A stretch of DNA of 64,000 nucleotides from an uncultured Candidatus Saccharibacteria bacterium (GCA_964615445.1 CAZTOK010000004.1:7436-71435); one strand, 5' to 3'; counted from the stretch's first letter, positions 1 to 10,494 are shown. The notes: generated by a model not told the origin, from the letters alone. Made by a program: numbers and translations.

Positions 1-614
<614 letters not shown>

Positions 615-616
615 CC

Positions 617-1165
617 ATGACACTAGGCCATTGGCAAACCAAAAGCTCTAAAATAGTGTACGAAAACCCGTTTATGATCGTCCATGAAGATCAGGTGACA
701 CTGCCAAACGGCAAGCCGGGACTCTACGGTTACATTGACTCGAAAAGCGACTCCGTGTATGTTGTACCAGTTGATGCTGATGGAAACACATACATTGTCG
801 AGCAAGAACGATACCCCATAAAACGCACCACCTGGGAGTGTGTAGCTGGTCGTATGGATGGTCAGCCGGTCGAAATTGCTGCTAAGCGCGAATTACTTGA
901 AGAAACGGGACTCGTAGCCAAAGATATTACCGTTCTTGGCGACGTACAAGTAGCAAATGGTATCGCAACTTTTAAGAGCACATTCTGTATTGCTCACAAT
1001 ATCACTATGACAAATAGCACCCTCGATCAAGTTGATGGTATTTTGGGTATTGAGAAACTTTCGCTTAGTTCTCTCCCTGAGAAAATTCTTGCAGGTGAAA
1101 TTACCTGCTCTCAAAGTATCGCTGCTTTCTTCATGGCTATTAGTTACTTACAAAAAACTGAGTAA
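617..1165 (+). CDS. NUDIX hydrolase (ADP-ribose/nucleotide-sugar pyrophosphatase-like)
   Basis: Nudix box GRMDGQPVEIAAKRELLEETGL (Gx5Ex7REUxEExGU). It starts 3 nt after the rfbB stop. Confidence 0.8.
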   Translation: MTLGHWQTKSSKIVYENPFMIVHEDQVTLPNGKPGLYGYIDSKSDSVYVVPVDADGNTYIVEQERYPIKRTTWECVAGRMDGQPVEIAAKRELLEETGLVAKDITVLGDVQVANGIATFKSTFCIAHNITMTNSTLDQVDGILGIEKLSLSSLPEKILAGEITCSQSIAAFFMAISYLQKTE

Positions 1166-1185
1166 ACCTTGCATATTTAAAATGC

Positions 1186-1220
1186 TCCTGTTTTAATGAG
1201 ATAAAATCATTAAAACAGGA
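1186..1220 (+). promoter_or_regulatory. Perfect 14-bp hairpin (tcctgttttaatga / tcattaaaacagga, 7-nt loop); a terminator and/or an SD-sequestering structure
   Basis: The arms at 1186-1199 and 1207-1220 are exact reverse complements. The right arm contains the only AGGA (1217-1220), which sits 6 nt upstream of the ATG at 1227. No T-run follows. Confidence 0.4.
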
Positions 1221-1226
1221 TTAAAA

Positions 1227-3059
1227 ATGCCGACAAAAAAATCCGCTTCTCGAAAAACAAAACATAAAGGGCTATTTGCCCGCATCAAGAAGATTCCTTA
1301 TATAAAGCCCTTAAGCGCAGTACTTATCCTCATTATCGTTGGGATTATCGGCGTCCCGCTTATTTCTTCTGCTACCACTACCGAAAGCCTTTGGAGCAGT
1401 TCGGTTACGCCAAAAGTCATCACTTGGGACGACACTCGTAGTATTGAGCTTGGCACAAAGTTCAAGTCAAGCGTCGCTGGCTACGTTACTGGCGTCCGCT
1501 TCTACAAAGGCCCTAAAAATACCGGCACACACACCGGTAGTTTATGGGATAGCGCTGGTAACCGCCTAGCTGGCGTAACCTTCACGAGCGAGACTGCTAG
1601 CGGTTGGCAAACAGCACAATTTGCGACCCCCGTAAGCATCGCCGCAAATGTGACCTACATTGTTTCCTATCATGCACCAAATGGCCACTATTCTTTGAGT
1701 CCCGATTATTTCAAGAATACGACACTTTCTAACGGCCACCTGTCGGCACCAAAATACGCCAAAAACAACGCAAATGGCGTGTACACTGATAACACTTCTC
1801 AATACGCCTTCCCTAAAAATGATGGCGATGGCGACAGTTATTTTGTTGATGTAATTTTTAGCGCACAGCTTATTAATCCACAGCCTGCTCCAGCCGCACC
1901 AACCAACGTTTCGGCTACTATCGGCGATAACAGCAGCGTGAGCCTCGCATGGCAGGCAAGCAATAGTCAAAATCCAATTGCATCATACAATGTATACCGT
2001 GACGGCAACAAAATTGGTAGCGTTGGTACAATTACTACGTATGTCGATGCAACCGTTGTCGCTGGCAGCACCTATAATTATCAGGTACAGGCAATTGATA
2101 ACACCGGCGCTACTTCAGCTCTTTCAGGTGGCACACCAATTACTATTCCAACTGCAACGCCAACGCCGCCAACGGGCGGAAATACAGGAGGTAGCGGCAC
2201 GACAACTGGGGCAACAACAACTTGTCCACTTCCAGCTTACCCAACGCCAAGCTGCGCTGGTAAACCAAGTAGTGTCGCTATTAGCAACGACATAAAGGGT
2301 GATTACGAGGCGAAAACAGACGGACAGGTGATCGATGGCTGGCATATTGCAGGTGATCTGGTCATCGAAGCAAAAAACATTACTATTCAAAACAGTGAAA
2401 TTGACGGCACTGTCATTAACGAAGTCGGCTCTAACCACTACGGCCCATTCACTATTCAAGACACTACCGTAGGCCCTGCGACTGGTTGTATTGGCAGTCC
2501 TGGCGTTGGTGAGTCAATGTATACAGCAAAACGCGTGTATGTTCGCAATCATGATGATGGCTTTCGCATCTCGGGTAACGACGTAAGCGCCTCAGACTCG
2601 TATGTACATATGTGCTACCTTCCTCCGTCACAAGCGCCACCAGACGGTAGCCACTCTGACGGGGTACAGAACTACTGCAGAGCAGGAAGCGGCGATAATC
2701 TTTATGATATTCCCTGTCATAATATCACCATCGTTCACAATACCTTCGATAATCATGACGTCATCGGCAACTCATCTGTATATCTTGGCGGAGCCGCGGA
2801 CGGTAAAGATATTCAAAACGTAACTGTTACCGACAATCTCATGTGGGGTGGTGGGTATAGCTTCTACGTCGAATGGTATATGGGACCAAAGTGGACAGTA
2901 AGCGGCAACCGTATCGCAAGTAACAATGGTTACCAGTATGGCCCCGTTGATGCTGAAGGAACTTGTTCACAACAAGACTGGTCAAATAACAGCATTGTTA
3001 CAGTAGATAGTACTTACGCCATTACAAGTACAGTCAAGCCACTCGATTGTATTAATTAG
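1227..3059 (+). CDS. Secreted or anchored surface protein: DUF4082-like N-domain, FN3-like module, T/P/G linker and a beta-helix-like C-domain
   Basis: N-terminal K-rich region plus a TM/signal segment (LSAVLILIIVGIIGVPLI). DUF4082-type block GYVTGVRFYKGPKNTGTHTGSLWDSAGNRLA...SGWQTAQFATPVSIAANVTYIVSYHAPNGHY. FN3-like APTNVSA...YNVYRDG...YNYQVQAID. Repetitive NITI/NVTV stretches in the C-terminus. Confidence 0.7.
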   Translation: MPTKKSASRKTKHKGLFARIKKIPYIKPLSAVLILIIVGIIGVPLISSATTTESLWSSSVTPKVITWDDTRSIELGTKFKSSVAGYVTGVRFYKGPKNTGTHTGSLWDSAGNRLAGVTFTSETASGWQTAQFATPVSIAANVTYIVSYHAPNGHYSLSPDYFKNTTLSNGHLSAPKYAKNNANGVYTDNTSQYAFPKNDGDGDSYFVDVIFSAQLINPQPAPAAPTNVSATIGDNSSVSLAWQASNSQNPIASYNVYRDGNKIGSVGTITTYVDATVVAGSTYNYQVQAIDNTGATSALSGGTPITIPTATPTPPTGGNTGGSGTTTGATTTCPLPAYPTPSCAGKPSSVAISNDIKGDYEAKTDGQVIDGWHIAGDLVIEAKNITIQNSEIDGTVINEVGSNHYGPFTIQDTTVGPATGCIGSPGVGESMYTAKRVYVRNHDDGFRISGNDVSASDSYVHMCYLPPSQAPPDGSHSDGVQNYCRAGSGDNLYDIPCHNITIVHNTFDNHDVIGNSSVYLGGAADGKDIQNVTVTDNLMWGGGYSFYVEWYMGPKWTVSGNRIASNNGYQYGPVDAEGTCSQQDWSNNSIVTVDSTYAITSTVKPLDCIN

Positions 3060-3099
3060 TACAGCACTAAGCGCAGCCCAGAATTGTTATACTTGAAGT

Positions 3100-4515
3100 A
3101 TGCTAGAAAACAACCCTCTTCAATTCGATAAAAAACTTCAAAAGTATGAAACTTCAATTCCTGGGCTGCTTTTGTTTGACCTTAGTGTATTTGGTGATAA
3201 TCGCGGCTGGTTTAAAGAAAACTGGCAACGCGAAAAAATGCTCGCCATTGGGCTCCCCGATTTTGGCCCAGTGCAAAATAACTTCTCTTTTAACAGCAGA
3301 CGTGGCACCATGCGGGGTATTCACGCAGAGCCGTGGGATAAATTTATTTCCATAGGGAAAGGGAGTTTTTTTGGTGCGTGGGTAGATGTGCGTGAAGATA
3401 GCCCTACCTATGGCAAAACGTTTACTGCGGAGATTGACGCAAGTAAAGCCATCTTTGTACCTGCAGGTGTTGCAAATTCTTATCTTACACTCGAGGACGA
3501 TACCGTCTACTCTTACCTCGTCAATGATCATTGGTATGCCGACGCTAATTATAGCTTTGTAAGCGCTCTCGATTCAGATCTCGATATTACGTGGCCAATC
3601 CCTCCAGAAGAATGGGAGATGTCGGAGAAGGATCGTCACCACCCTGCGTTGAAAGATGCAATGCCTGTGCCTGCTAAAAAGGTCCTTATTACAGGGGCGA
3701 ACGGGCAGCTTGGCAAAGCCTTACGCACAGTTTTTCCACAAGCCGAGTTCGTCAGTCGCGATGAATTTGATATTGCGAACCCTGAAATTCTTACGGCTCG
3801 CCGTTGGCGTGATTATGGCGTTATTATTAACGCCGCTGCATATACCGCGGTAGACGGCGCCGAGACACCTGAAGGTCGTAAAGCTGCATGGCAAACTAAC
3901 GCCTCAGGGGTGGCTACGTTAAGTCGCATTGCCTCAGAAAACAATGTTACGCTGGTAAACATTTCTTCAGATTATGTATTTGATGGCACAAACAAGATCC
4001 ACGATGAGAATGAGGCATTTACACCTCTCGGCGTATACGGTCAAAGCAAAGCCGCCGGCGACATTGCAGTTAGTACCGCTCCAAAACATTACACTATCCG
4101 TACTACATGGGTTATTGGCGATGGCAATAACTTTGTACGCACTATGCAATCACTTGCAAAGCGCGACATTACACCAAGCGTTGTAAGTGATCAAATTGGC
4201 CGCCTCACCTTTGCTGATGACTTAGCCCAGGGTATTAAACATCTGCTTAATACGAATGCGTCATACGGTACTTACAACCTCACAAACGATGGCGAGTCCG
4301 CTAGCTGGGCTGACATCGCTAAACTCGTGTTTAAGGCAGGTGGTAAGCCGGCAGATAGCGTCACGCCAGTTTCAACAGATGAATACTATAAGGACAAAAA
4401 AGACATCGCTCCTCGTCCCCTACAGAGCACCCTCGATCTTGCTAAAATAAAAGCCACTGGCTTTACCCCACGCGATTGGCGCGAGGCGTTAAATGATTAT
4501 CTCCATGTCGAGTAA
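3100..4515 (+). CDS. rfbCD: Fused dTDP-4-dehydrorhamnose 3,5-epimerase / dTDP-4-dehydrorhamnose reductase
   Basis: The N-terminal ~180 aa is RmlC-like (IPGLLLFDLSVFGDNRGWFKENW, RGIHAEPWDKF). The C-terminal ~285 aa is RmlD-like (KVLITGANGQLGKAL, INAAAYTAVDGAE, ISSDYVFDG, YGQSKAAGD). It is one uninterrupted 471-codon ORF. Confidence 0.85.
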   Translation: MLENNPLQFDKKLQKYETSIPGLLLFDLSVFGDNRGWFKENWQREKMLAIGLPDFGPVQNNFSFNSRRGTMRGIHAEPWDKFISIGKGSFFGAWVDVREDSPTYGKTFTAEIDASKAIFVPAGVANSYLTLEDDTVYSYLVNDHWYADANYSFVSALDSDLDITWPIPPEEWEMSEKDRHHPALKDAMPVPAKKVLITGANGQLGKALRTVFPQAEFVSRDEFDIANPEILTARRWRDYGVIINAAAYTAVDGAETPEGRKAAWQTNASGVATLSRIASENNVTLVNISSDYVFDGTNKIHDENEAFTPLGVYGQSKAAGDIAVSTAPKHYTIRTTWVIGDGNNFVRTMQSLAKRDITPSVVSDQIGRLTFADDLAQGIKHLLNTNASYGTYNLTNDGESASWADIAKLVFKAGGKPADSVTPVSTDEYYKDKKDIAPRPLQSTLDLAKIKATGFTPRDWREALNDYLHVE

Positions 4516-5911
4516 AAAGGTAGTTTCATTTTTCACAAACGAAAAACACCACAAGAAACTTTTAGTTGCCCTATACATTGTTGGTATTTTACTATGCGCG
4601 CTCCTCGTGCTTTTAGTTGTTCGTCGACCGGGATCTGATGATACAGTTTTTCAAACTCAAATTCAACCGTACCATACTGTTTTTGATTGGCTTAGCTTTC
4701 GTTATAACAGTTGGAGCGGGCGCATCTTTAGCGAAGCGTTCGTGTATATTTTCAGCCAGCTTTCTGTCTACGCCTGGAAGCTCGTAACAATTGTTCTTTT
4801 TGCTATATGGGGTGGTATAGTATTTCTGTACTATCGTCTTTTTGCTAAAAAACAGAGCTCCAAAAAAGATATTACAATGCTCATTCTTGCTCTTTTGGCG
4901 CCTTTTCTTATGGACACTAACGTGCTATTCGACGGCATGTTTTGGGTGACAGGCGCGATCAATTATTTTTGGATGACCACACTCACTCTTGTAGCGTTTT
5001 ACCCGGTTGCCTACTATACTATTCGTGGTTCTCGCCCATACTGGCTGGTCAGTGTTTTAAGCCTCATAAGTGGCGTAATCGCCGCAAGTTCACAGGAACA
5101 AGCAGGCTTAGTGCTTGTGAGTATCACACTCGCCTTTACTATTTACCTCTCTATTCACTCTTTGCGCAGCATATTCAAAAAGATTCCACTCTATCCACTT
5201 CTCTTTTTGATTATTTTTGCTGTTTCACTCGCTACAAGCCTAGTAGCGCCCGGTAACCATCTACGCCTTCAAGAGGAAACGCTTACGTGGCTTCCTGATT
5301 TCTATACAATTCCACTTACTCAACATATTGAATACGCATATAGATGGTTCCTCGACGCTCTTATTAACCACACTGGCTTTTTACTAGTTGGAAGTTGGCT
5401 TATCCTTTTATTGTTATTCGTGAAGAAGCAGTCAAAAGACCTGCTTGATCGAATATATATAGGCAGCCTTAGCGTTATTTCTCTCATGACAATCTTAAAA
5501 GGGTTTGATGCAGTTAGCTATTGGTTTACGTTTTACCCAACGTGGCATCCAACTATACCACACAAATTCTCTTTCCTCGTGCTTATTCCTTGGGCGCCTA
5601 TACTTCTTGGCACGATTGCAGCGCCACTAGTGTTATATCGTAAAGTCATTCGCGGATATTTAGTCGCTCTCCTATACACTGCGTCGTTTCTCAGCGTCGC
5701 ATTGCTTACATTATCACCAACAATGTATGCTTCAGGCGTAAGAACACTCTTTACTCCTTCAATTGTCTTAATTGTCGTCGTTTATCTCCTCTCTAGCACT
5801 CTGTATGATGAATATAAACAACAGCATATCGAGACTAGTCTTCTTTTAGTCACCAGCATTGTCGCTTCTCAATACCTATTACTTGCAAGCAAAATAGCCA
5901 CAACCCACTAG
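4493..5911 (+). CDS. Polytopic integral membrane protein, probably a glycan-locus transferase or polymerase (DUF6056-like)
   Basis: At least 10 hydrophobic segments and a motif WSGRIFSEAF near the first loop. It overlaps the rfbCD stop; an alternative start is ATG 4505. The function is inferred from context. Confidence 0.6.
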   Translation: MIISMSSKKVVSFFTNEKHHKKLLVALYIVGILLCALLVLLVVRRPGSDDTVFQTQIQPYHTVFDWLSFRYNSWSGRIFSEAFVYIFSQLSVYAWKLVTIVLFAIWGGIVFLYYRLFAKKQSSKKDITMLILALLAPFLMDTNVLFDGMFWVTGAINYFWMTTLTLVAFYPVAYYTIRGSRPYWLVSVLSLISGVIAASSQEQAGLVLVSITLAFTIYLSIHSLRSIFKKIPLYPLLFLIIFAVSLATSLVAPGNHLRLQEETLTWLPDFYTIPLTQHIEYAYRWFLDALINHTGFLLVGSWLILLLLFVKKQSKDLLDRIYIGSLSVISLMTILKGFDAVSYWFTFYPTWHPTIPHKFSFLVLIPWAPILLGTIAAPLVLYRKVIRGYLVALLYTASFLSVALLTLSPTMYASGVRTLFTPSIVLIVVVYLLSSTLYDEYKQQHIETSLLLVTSIVASQYLLLASKIATTH

Positions 5912-5950
5912 AGCTGGTAGAATGAAAATAGTGATAAATTTGGAGGAAGT

Positions 5951-6808
5951 ATGAAAGGCATCATTTTAGCGGGTGGGTCCGGTACGCGTTTGTGGCCAAT
6001 CACCAGAGGTATTAGCAAGCAGCTTATGCCGATTTATGACAAACCAATGATCTATTACCCGCTTAGTACACTTATGTTAGCCGGTATTCACGACACCTTG
6101 ATCATTACGACACCTGAGGAACAGGAAGCCTTCCAGCGTCTTTTAGGTGACGGTTCTCAATGGGGCATTTCGCTAGAATATGCCGTGCAACCATCACCAG
6201 ATGGTCTGGCGCAGGCATTTATTATTGGTGAGGAATTTATTGGAAACGACACAGTCGCGCTTATTTTAGGTGACAATATCTTTCATGGGAGTGATCTTGG
6301 TAAGGCACTAAAAAACTGCACGAGCCCTGATGGCGGGACAGTGTTTGCTTACGAAGTTTCCGATCCTGAACGTTATGGTGTTGTGGAATTTGATGCGAAC
6401 AAACAAGCCATTTCTATTGAAGAAAAACCTGCTTCGCCAAAATCAAACTACGCTGTAGTGGGCCTCTATTTCTACGACAATGACGTGGTAGAAATTGCCA
6501 AAAATGTCCAACCAAGCATGCGCGGCGAGCTTGAAATTACCTCTGTAAACGAAGCTTATCTTAAACAGGGAAAACTCAATGTTACTACGCTTGACCGCGG
6601 CGACGTATGGCTCGATACCGGCACGATTGACTCTATGACCGATGCTGCCGACTATATTCGCGTTATTCAAAAGCGTACAGGCATGATTATTGGCAGCCCC
6701 GAGGAAGTTGCGTACCGCGAAGGGTTCATCACACGCGAACAACTTCAAACACAGGCCGAACCGCTTAAAAAATCTGGTTACGGTAAATACCTTTTGGATT
6801 TACAGTAG
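5951..6808 (+). CDS. rfbA: Glucose-1-phosphate thymidylyltransferase
   Basis: [46 protein letters not shown] is a canonical RmlA N-terminus. The protein is 285 aa and has GGAGG 6 nt upstream. Confidence 0.93.
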   Translation: MKGIILAGGSGTRLWPITRGISKQLMPIYDKPMIYYPLSTLMLAGIHDTLIITTPEEQEAFQRLLGDGSQWGISLEYAVQPSPDGLAQAFIIGEEFIGNDTVALILGDNIFHGSDLGKALKNCTSPDGGTVFAYEVSDPERYGVVEFDANKQAISIEEKPASPKSNYAVVGLYFYDNDVVEIAKNVQPSMRGELEITSVNEAYLKQGKLNVTTLDRGDVWLDTGTIDSMTDAADYIRVIQKRTGMIIGSPEEVAYREGFITREQLQTQAEPLKKSGYGKYLLDLQ

Positions 6809-6810
6809 AT

Positions 6811-7227
6811 ATGGATACAGAAAAAGCGCATCAGCTCGAACGTCTTAAAAAAGTCTCTCGTCAATTTGTCCGCTACTTCCTCGTAGCAGGACTTGGCTAT
6901 GTTGTTGACGTAGGAGTGTTGTATGCTCTTCATGAATATTTCGGCGTGTATTATTTATATGCTGCAATTACAAGTTTTACTCTAGGGCTTGTGGTCGTCT
7001 ATATTATGAGTAGCCTGTTCGTGTTCAGTAACTCAAAGCTGAAGTCAAAATACCTTGAGATTGGTATTTTTAGTCTTATTGGCATTATAGGGCTCATCAT
7101 CCTCACGGCACTCATGTGGGTCCTTACTAGTTTTCTAGGAGTCAACTATCTCATCGCTAAAGTCTTAGCGACAGTTGTCGTCTATACCTGGAACTTTTTT
7201 GCCCGGCGTACTATGTATAACAACTAA
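6811..7227 (+). CDS. GtrA-family small membrane protein
   Basis: 138 aa with 4 TM segments. GtrA-like N-terminus FVRYFLVAGLGYVVDVGVLYAL and C-terminus YTWNFFARRTMY. Confidence 0.75.
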   Translation: MDTEKAHQLERLKKVSRQFVRYFLVAGLGYVVDVGVLYALHEYFGVYYLYAAITSFTLGLVVVYIMSSLFVFSNSKLKSKYLEIGIFSLIGIIGLIILTALMWVLTSFLGVNYLIAKVLATVVVYTWNFFARRTMYNN

Positions 7228-8042
7228 ACTAAGTACATTCCTTGGGCAAAGTGAACGGCTCGTTCAACTCTGTCTTTATTTGTACCTTGGTCGCCTGGAC
7301 GCATTTCGATTGAAATAATTTTATCGTAGGCAATTTCACGAAGTGCTTCGGCAGCCGCTTGGTGATCAACATCATCTCGTTTTTCCACTTGCTCAAGCAT
7401 CGGTGAGCTAATGTGAAAATGCTCAAGAATGTCTTTATTATCAAGAATGGAGTGCTTTATATCGTCGCCGGCAAGTGCCATACATGCGGTATCGAGATGA
7501 AGGCCAAAACCATTATTACCAACGGATCGAACCAACTCTGCTCCTTCGCTTGCCTTGGTGACAAAGTCGCAGGCATATTGGGGCGCGTTCGGCTCTATAC
7601 AAAGGACTACGTTTTCAGCCGCTGCCACTTCACCTAGCGAACGGAAAAAATCGGTGGCAATAACGGTAGCGTCAGCCACTGTCATATCGCCGCGTTGTCT
7701 GTTTTTTGGTGAGCCAAATACCATTTTCCTTACGCCCATCATACCGGCAAGCTTAATAAACTTCTTTAGATACTCTTCGCATTCTTTTCTGTTTGCCTCG
7801 TCTTGAAAAATCTTCAAATCAGGGCGCGCAAACAACATAGACTGAAACGCGACAACGCTAATGTCGTATTGTCTCCACCACTCAACCACTTTCAGCGCAT
7901 CCTCAAGAGTAGCAACTGTGGGATCTTCCCATAGTTTTGTTGGCGCAAGTTCAACGTAGTGCACCCCCATTGATTGTAGTATCGAGGCAACGTCAGCCTC
8001 TTCTTCATTTGTCCATGCAATACTCGAAACAGCTAAATTCAT
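7224..8042 (-). CDS. Sugar phosphate isomerase/epimerase (xylose-isomerase-like TIM barrel)
   Basis: 272 aa with a pattern typical of AP-endonuclease-2/xylose isomerase-like TIM barrels (VELAPTK..., FGSPKNR, CIEPN, HLDTACM, HISSP). Confidence 0.6.
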   Translation of the reverse strand: MNLAVSSIAWTNEEEADVASILQSMGVHYVELAPTKLWEDPTVATLEDALKVVEWWRQYDISVVAFQSMLFARPDLKIFQDEANRKECEEYLKKFIKLAGMMGVRKMVFGSPKNRQRGDMTVADATVIATDFFRSLGEVAAAENVVLCIEPNAPQYACDFVTKASEGAELVRSVGNNGFGLHLDTACMALAGDDIKHSILDNKDILEHFHISSPMLEQVEKRDDVDHQAAAEALREIAYDKIISIEMRPGDQGTNKDRVERAVHFAQGMYLV

Positions 8043-8190
8043 ATTCTTATTATACGGATTTTAGAGTAAACAAAAAACACTTATCAGAAGTGCTTTTGGC
8101 TAATGTAGGTGTGTTCAGGGGATCATCAAGGAAAGACGAACCCCTGAACTTGCTGGCATTCATCAGAATACCAGCCACCAACTCGAAAAA

Positions 8191-8601
8191 TCAGGAGGCA
8201 TCAGTAGAAACCCACGGGGTGGTATCAGCCTCGTGGCCGGGAGCCACAACGAAGGCGCAAAACACCGTAAAGTTCTCCTCGCTCGTGCCACGCAGGTTGT
8301 GCAACACGCCAGGCGGCACGATCACACAGTCACCCACTTCGACGTTGTACGGCTCACCATTCACCTCGATGATACCGGTGCCATGCATAACGAAGAATAC
8401 CTCGACAGCACCACGGTGATCGTGAACCCCACACTCTTCCCCACACGGATGGAGGGCAACGCTTGCTCCCACCAGATAACCGGCGGCGAAGTTGCTGAAA
8501 AGCTGTATCTTACTCAGCGCTGGGTTCCTACGGACAACCTCACGTGTTAGCTCGTTGGCACGAATGATCTGCGGCGCAACACCGTCTCCCACACCAGACA
8601 C
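8191..8601 (-). CDS. Cupin-domain protein (high-GC insert, GTG start)
   Basis: Cupin motifs GVHDHRGAVEVFFVMHGTG and GDCVIVPPGVLHNL. Line 8281-8340 hand-counts to 38/60 G+C, against about 33% in flanking genes. Confidence 0.7.
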   Translation of the reverse strand: MSGVGDGVAPQIIRANELTREVVRRNPALSKIQLFSNFAAGYLVGASVALHPCGEECGVHDHRGAVEVFFVMHGTGIIEVNGEPYNVEVGDCVIVPPGVLHNLRGTSEENFTVFCAFVVAPGHEADTTPWVSTDAS

Positions 8602-8638
8602 GATCGTGTCCCTTCTTTCGATGGTTGGATCGTGAAGT

Positions 8639-8667
8639 ATAATAACACCTTACGTAGAAAGCGTCAA
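8639..8667 (-). promoter_or_regulatory. Sigma70-like promoter for the cupin gene (TTGACG-N17-TATTAT on the minus strand)
   Basis: The -35 is the reverse complement of 8662-8667 and the -10 is the reverse complement of 8639-8644, with an exact 17-nt spacer. It lies in AT-rich DNA about 38 nt upstream of the GTG. Confidence 0.3.
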
Positions 8668-8684
8668 TTCTCTCAGTGACGACG

Positions 8685-9452
8685 TTATTTCTTATACTGA
8701 TCTACAAAGGCCTTAATATCCACAAGTTCTTGTTGTTTTGTGCAGATATACTCCCCATCTCCCCCATAAAGATCGGCATATTTCGTATGCATGTCCCAAA
8801 ACGCTGGCTTTACGTCCTCTGGTGTGTTGGTAAATTCCATACCAAAGCAGTCACGTGCTACTTCTTCTGTACTTACTGGCGGAGTCGCAAAATTCACAAG
8901 TGACACATTATTTACAAGCGCTGTTTGGATATCTTTCCAGATATTTCCTAAATTGTAATATTGATACACGCCATCTCTATGAATGCGATCAACGTTATTG
9001 TCATTAAGTAGGTCAAAGATAACATTTTTCTTAAGCCCACTGCCAAATAGTCCCGGCAATCGAACAATCGTTGTGTCGAAATGATCTTTACAGAACTGCT
9101 CAAGATAATAGCGATTTTTACCATATGGCAAGAGACCATCTGTATCAATTGCAGTGTCTTCATTGGCGCCATTTGGATTCTTATATACTCCAACAGTTGA
9201 AATAAGAACGAGTTTTTTGATATTCACTTTTTTTATATGATCGATAAATTCGTTGATTTCTGCTAAATCTTTTTCTGGTTCTTGATTTATACGCCACATC
9301 TCAGCACGATTAGCTGCGCTTACTACAAGGTCGTATTCTTTACCTTCGATGTCGGCAATATTTTTACTGTTATACAGATCATCAAATTGACGCTGGGCTG
9401 CTATGTTGCCCCCAACAAATCCAGTATAGCCGATAAGAGCCGTTTTACTCAT
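8685..9452 (-). CDS. NAD-dependent epimerase/dehydratase-family (SDR-like) protein
   Basis: N-terminal Rossmann motif ALIGYTGFVGGNI. It is 255 aa, low-GC, and sits in the glycan locus. Confidence 0.6.
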   Translation of the reverse strand: MSKTALIGYTGFVGGNIAAQRQFDDLYNSKNIADIEGKEYDLVVSAANRAEMWRINQEPEKDLAEINEFIDHIKKVNIKKLVLISTVGVYKNPNGANEDTAIDTDGLLPYGKNRYYLEQFCKDHFDTTIVRLPGLFGSGLKKNVIFDLLNDNNVDRIHRDGVYQYYNLGNIWKDIQTALVNNVSLVNFATPPVSTEEVARDCFGMEFTNTPEDVKPAFWDMHTKYADLYGGDGEYICTKQQELVDIKAFVDQYKK

Positions 9453-9513
9453 TCTATCCTCCTTATATACAACAATCAGTATACAGACAAATCATGTCCT
9501 AGATAAGTCAAAA

Positions 9514-9551
9514 CGGCGATTCCGAATGCATTTTCACATTCGGAATCGCCG
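9514..9551 (-). terminator. Rho-independent terminator after the 9566-10441 gene
   Basis: Perfect 15-bp stem cggcgattccgaatg / cattcggaatcgccg with an 8-nt loop. On the minus strand it is followed by TTTTGA. Confidence 0.6.
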
Positions 9552-9565
9552 TCGTCAGTGCTTGA

Positions 9566-10441
9566 TCACTTAGCGTCCTGTTCGAGGCTGACACGGAAAA
9601 GGCGCAGCTGCTCTGCAAGCGCAAGCACCTGATCATCCATCAGAGGATGAACCCTCTGCAGCGCCGCGTCAAGCATCACATCGAGTTGAGCGCGACGCTT
9701 GGCATCGAAAACCGGATTGCCCGTCTCTTCCTGAACCACTGCGGAGTGGTATCGAAAATCGACAGGCACCGAACCAACCCTACAACCAGACTCGACACCA
9801 ATCTGCGGAATCGTAAACAGGTAGGGCCAGCTGTTCTCGATCACGTTTTCGATAAACACCTTCCGGCCGGCCCCGTTGAGAGCCATGACGCCGGAGGGAG
9901 TATCATGCGAAATATTCAACAGCTGACCGATGACATAGCCCAGCCACAGCTCAGTTGTCACCTGGTACGGTGGCATTGATTCCCACGTGGGACGAGTGCG
10001 CTCACCTGTGGTGATGTCGAACATTCGACCCACTTCGAGAAGTGTATCGATATTGCGACCTCCCTCGAAGAGTGGCTTCTCGCCCTCAAACTTCACCATG
10101 AGCGCATGCGGAGCAAATGCATCCAGCAATTGCGCGGCGATCACATAGGGTCGGGCCAGGCCACCCTCCGTCTCATGGTTAACCACCACGACGGCCGCGC
10201 CTACCTCAATCAGTTTCTGTGCCGCATCAGGATGAGACGTATCGTCCAGCATGATGAGATGAGGGACACCGCTCATCGACGATGCAAGCACCGTATCGAG
10301 AATGGCCTGAAAACGCGGAGCGTTGACGTCGTGCTGAAGCACACCAGACACCGCCACCAATGGGGCTTGCGCGAGACGTCGCTCCAGGTTAGCACTCTGG
10401 TTGAGCTCGAACACGCGCCAGTTCGGAACACCAAGAATCAC
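9566..10441 (-). CDS. Hypothetical protein on a high-GC insert, possibly GT-A-fold-like (GTG start)
   Basis: A 291-codon ORF with normal amino-acid composition, while the overlapping plus-strand ORFs are R/H-rich shadow frames. Line 9601-9660 is 35/60 G+C versus 20/60 at 9241-9300. There is a weak GT2-like LDDTSHPD motif. Confidence 0.55.
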   Translation of the reverse strand: MILGVPNWRVFELNQSANLERRLAQAPLVAVSGVLQHDVNAPRFQAILDTVLASSMSGVPHLIMLDDTSHPDAAQKLIEVGAAVVVVNHETEGGLARPYVIAAQLLDAFAPHALMVKFEGEKPLFEGGRNIDTLLEVGRMFDITTGERTRPTWESMPPYQVTTELWLGYVIGQLLNISHDTPSGVMALNGAGRKVFIENVIENSWPYLFTIPQIGVESGCRVGSVPVDFRYHSAVVQEETGNPVFDAKRRAQLDVMLDAALQRVHPLMDDQVLALAEQLRLFRVSLEQDAK

Positions 10442-10494
10442 GACTCATCACCCTTTCCAGGGGTAGTAGGTACATCAACTTCTGACTAGAATAT

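Noticed and set aside
7937-8419. 160-aa plus-strand ORF spanning the 8043-8190 spacer
   Set aside because: It begins antisense within the isomerase gene and ends antisense within the cupin gene. Its composition is low-complexity, so it is likely spurious.
9647-10489. Plus-strand ORFs 9647-9979 and 10106-10489 opposite the 291-aa gene. The same applies to 8233-8550 opposite the cupin, and to 36200-36424 and 36379-36585 opposite the 114-aa gene.
   Set aside because: They are shadow ORFs in high-GC inserts, R/H/P-rich, with no start context. The opposite-strand ORFs are longer and protein-like.
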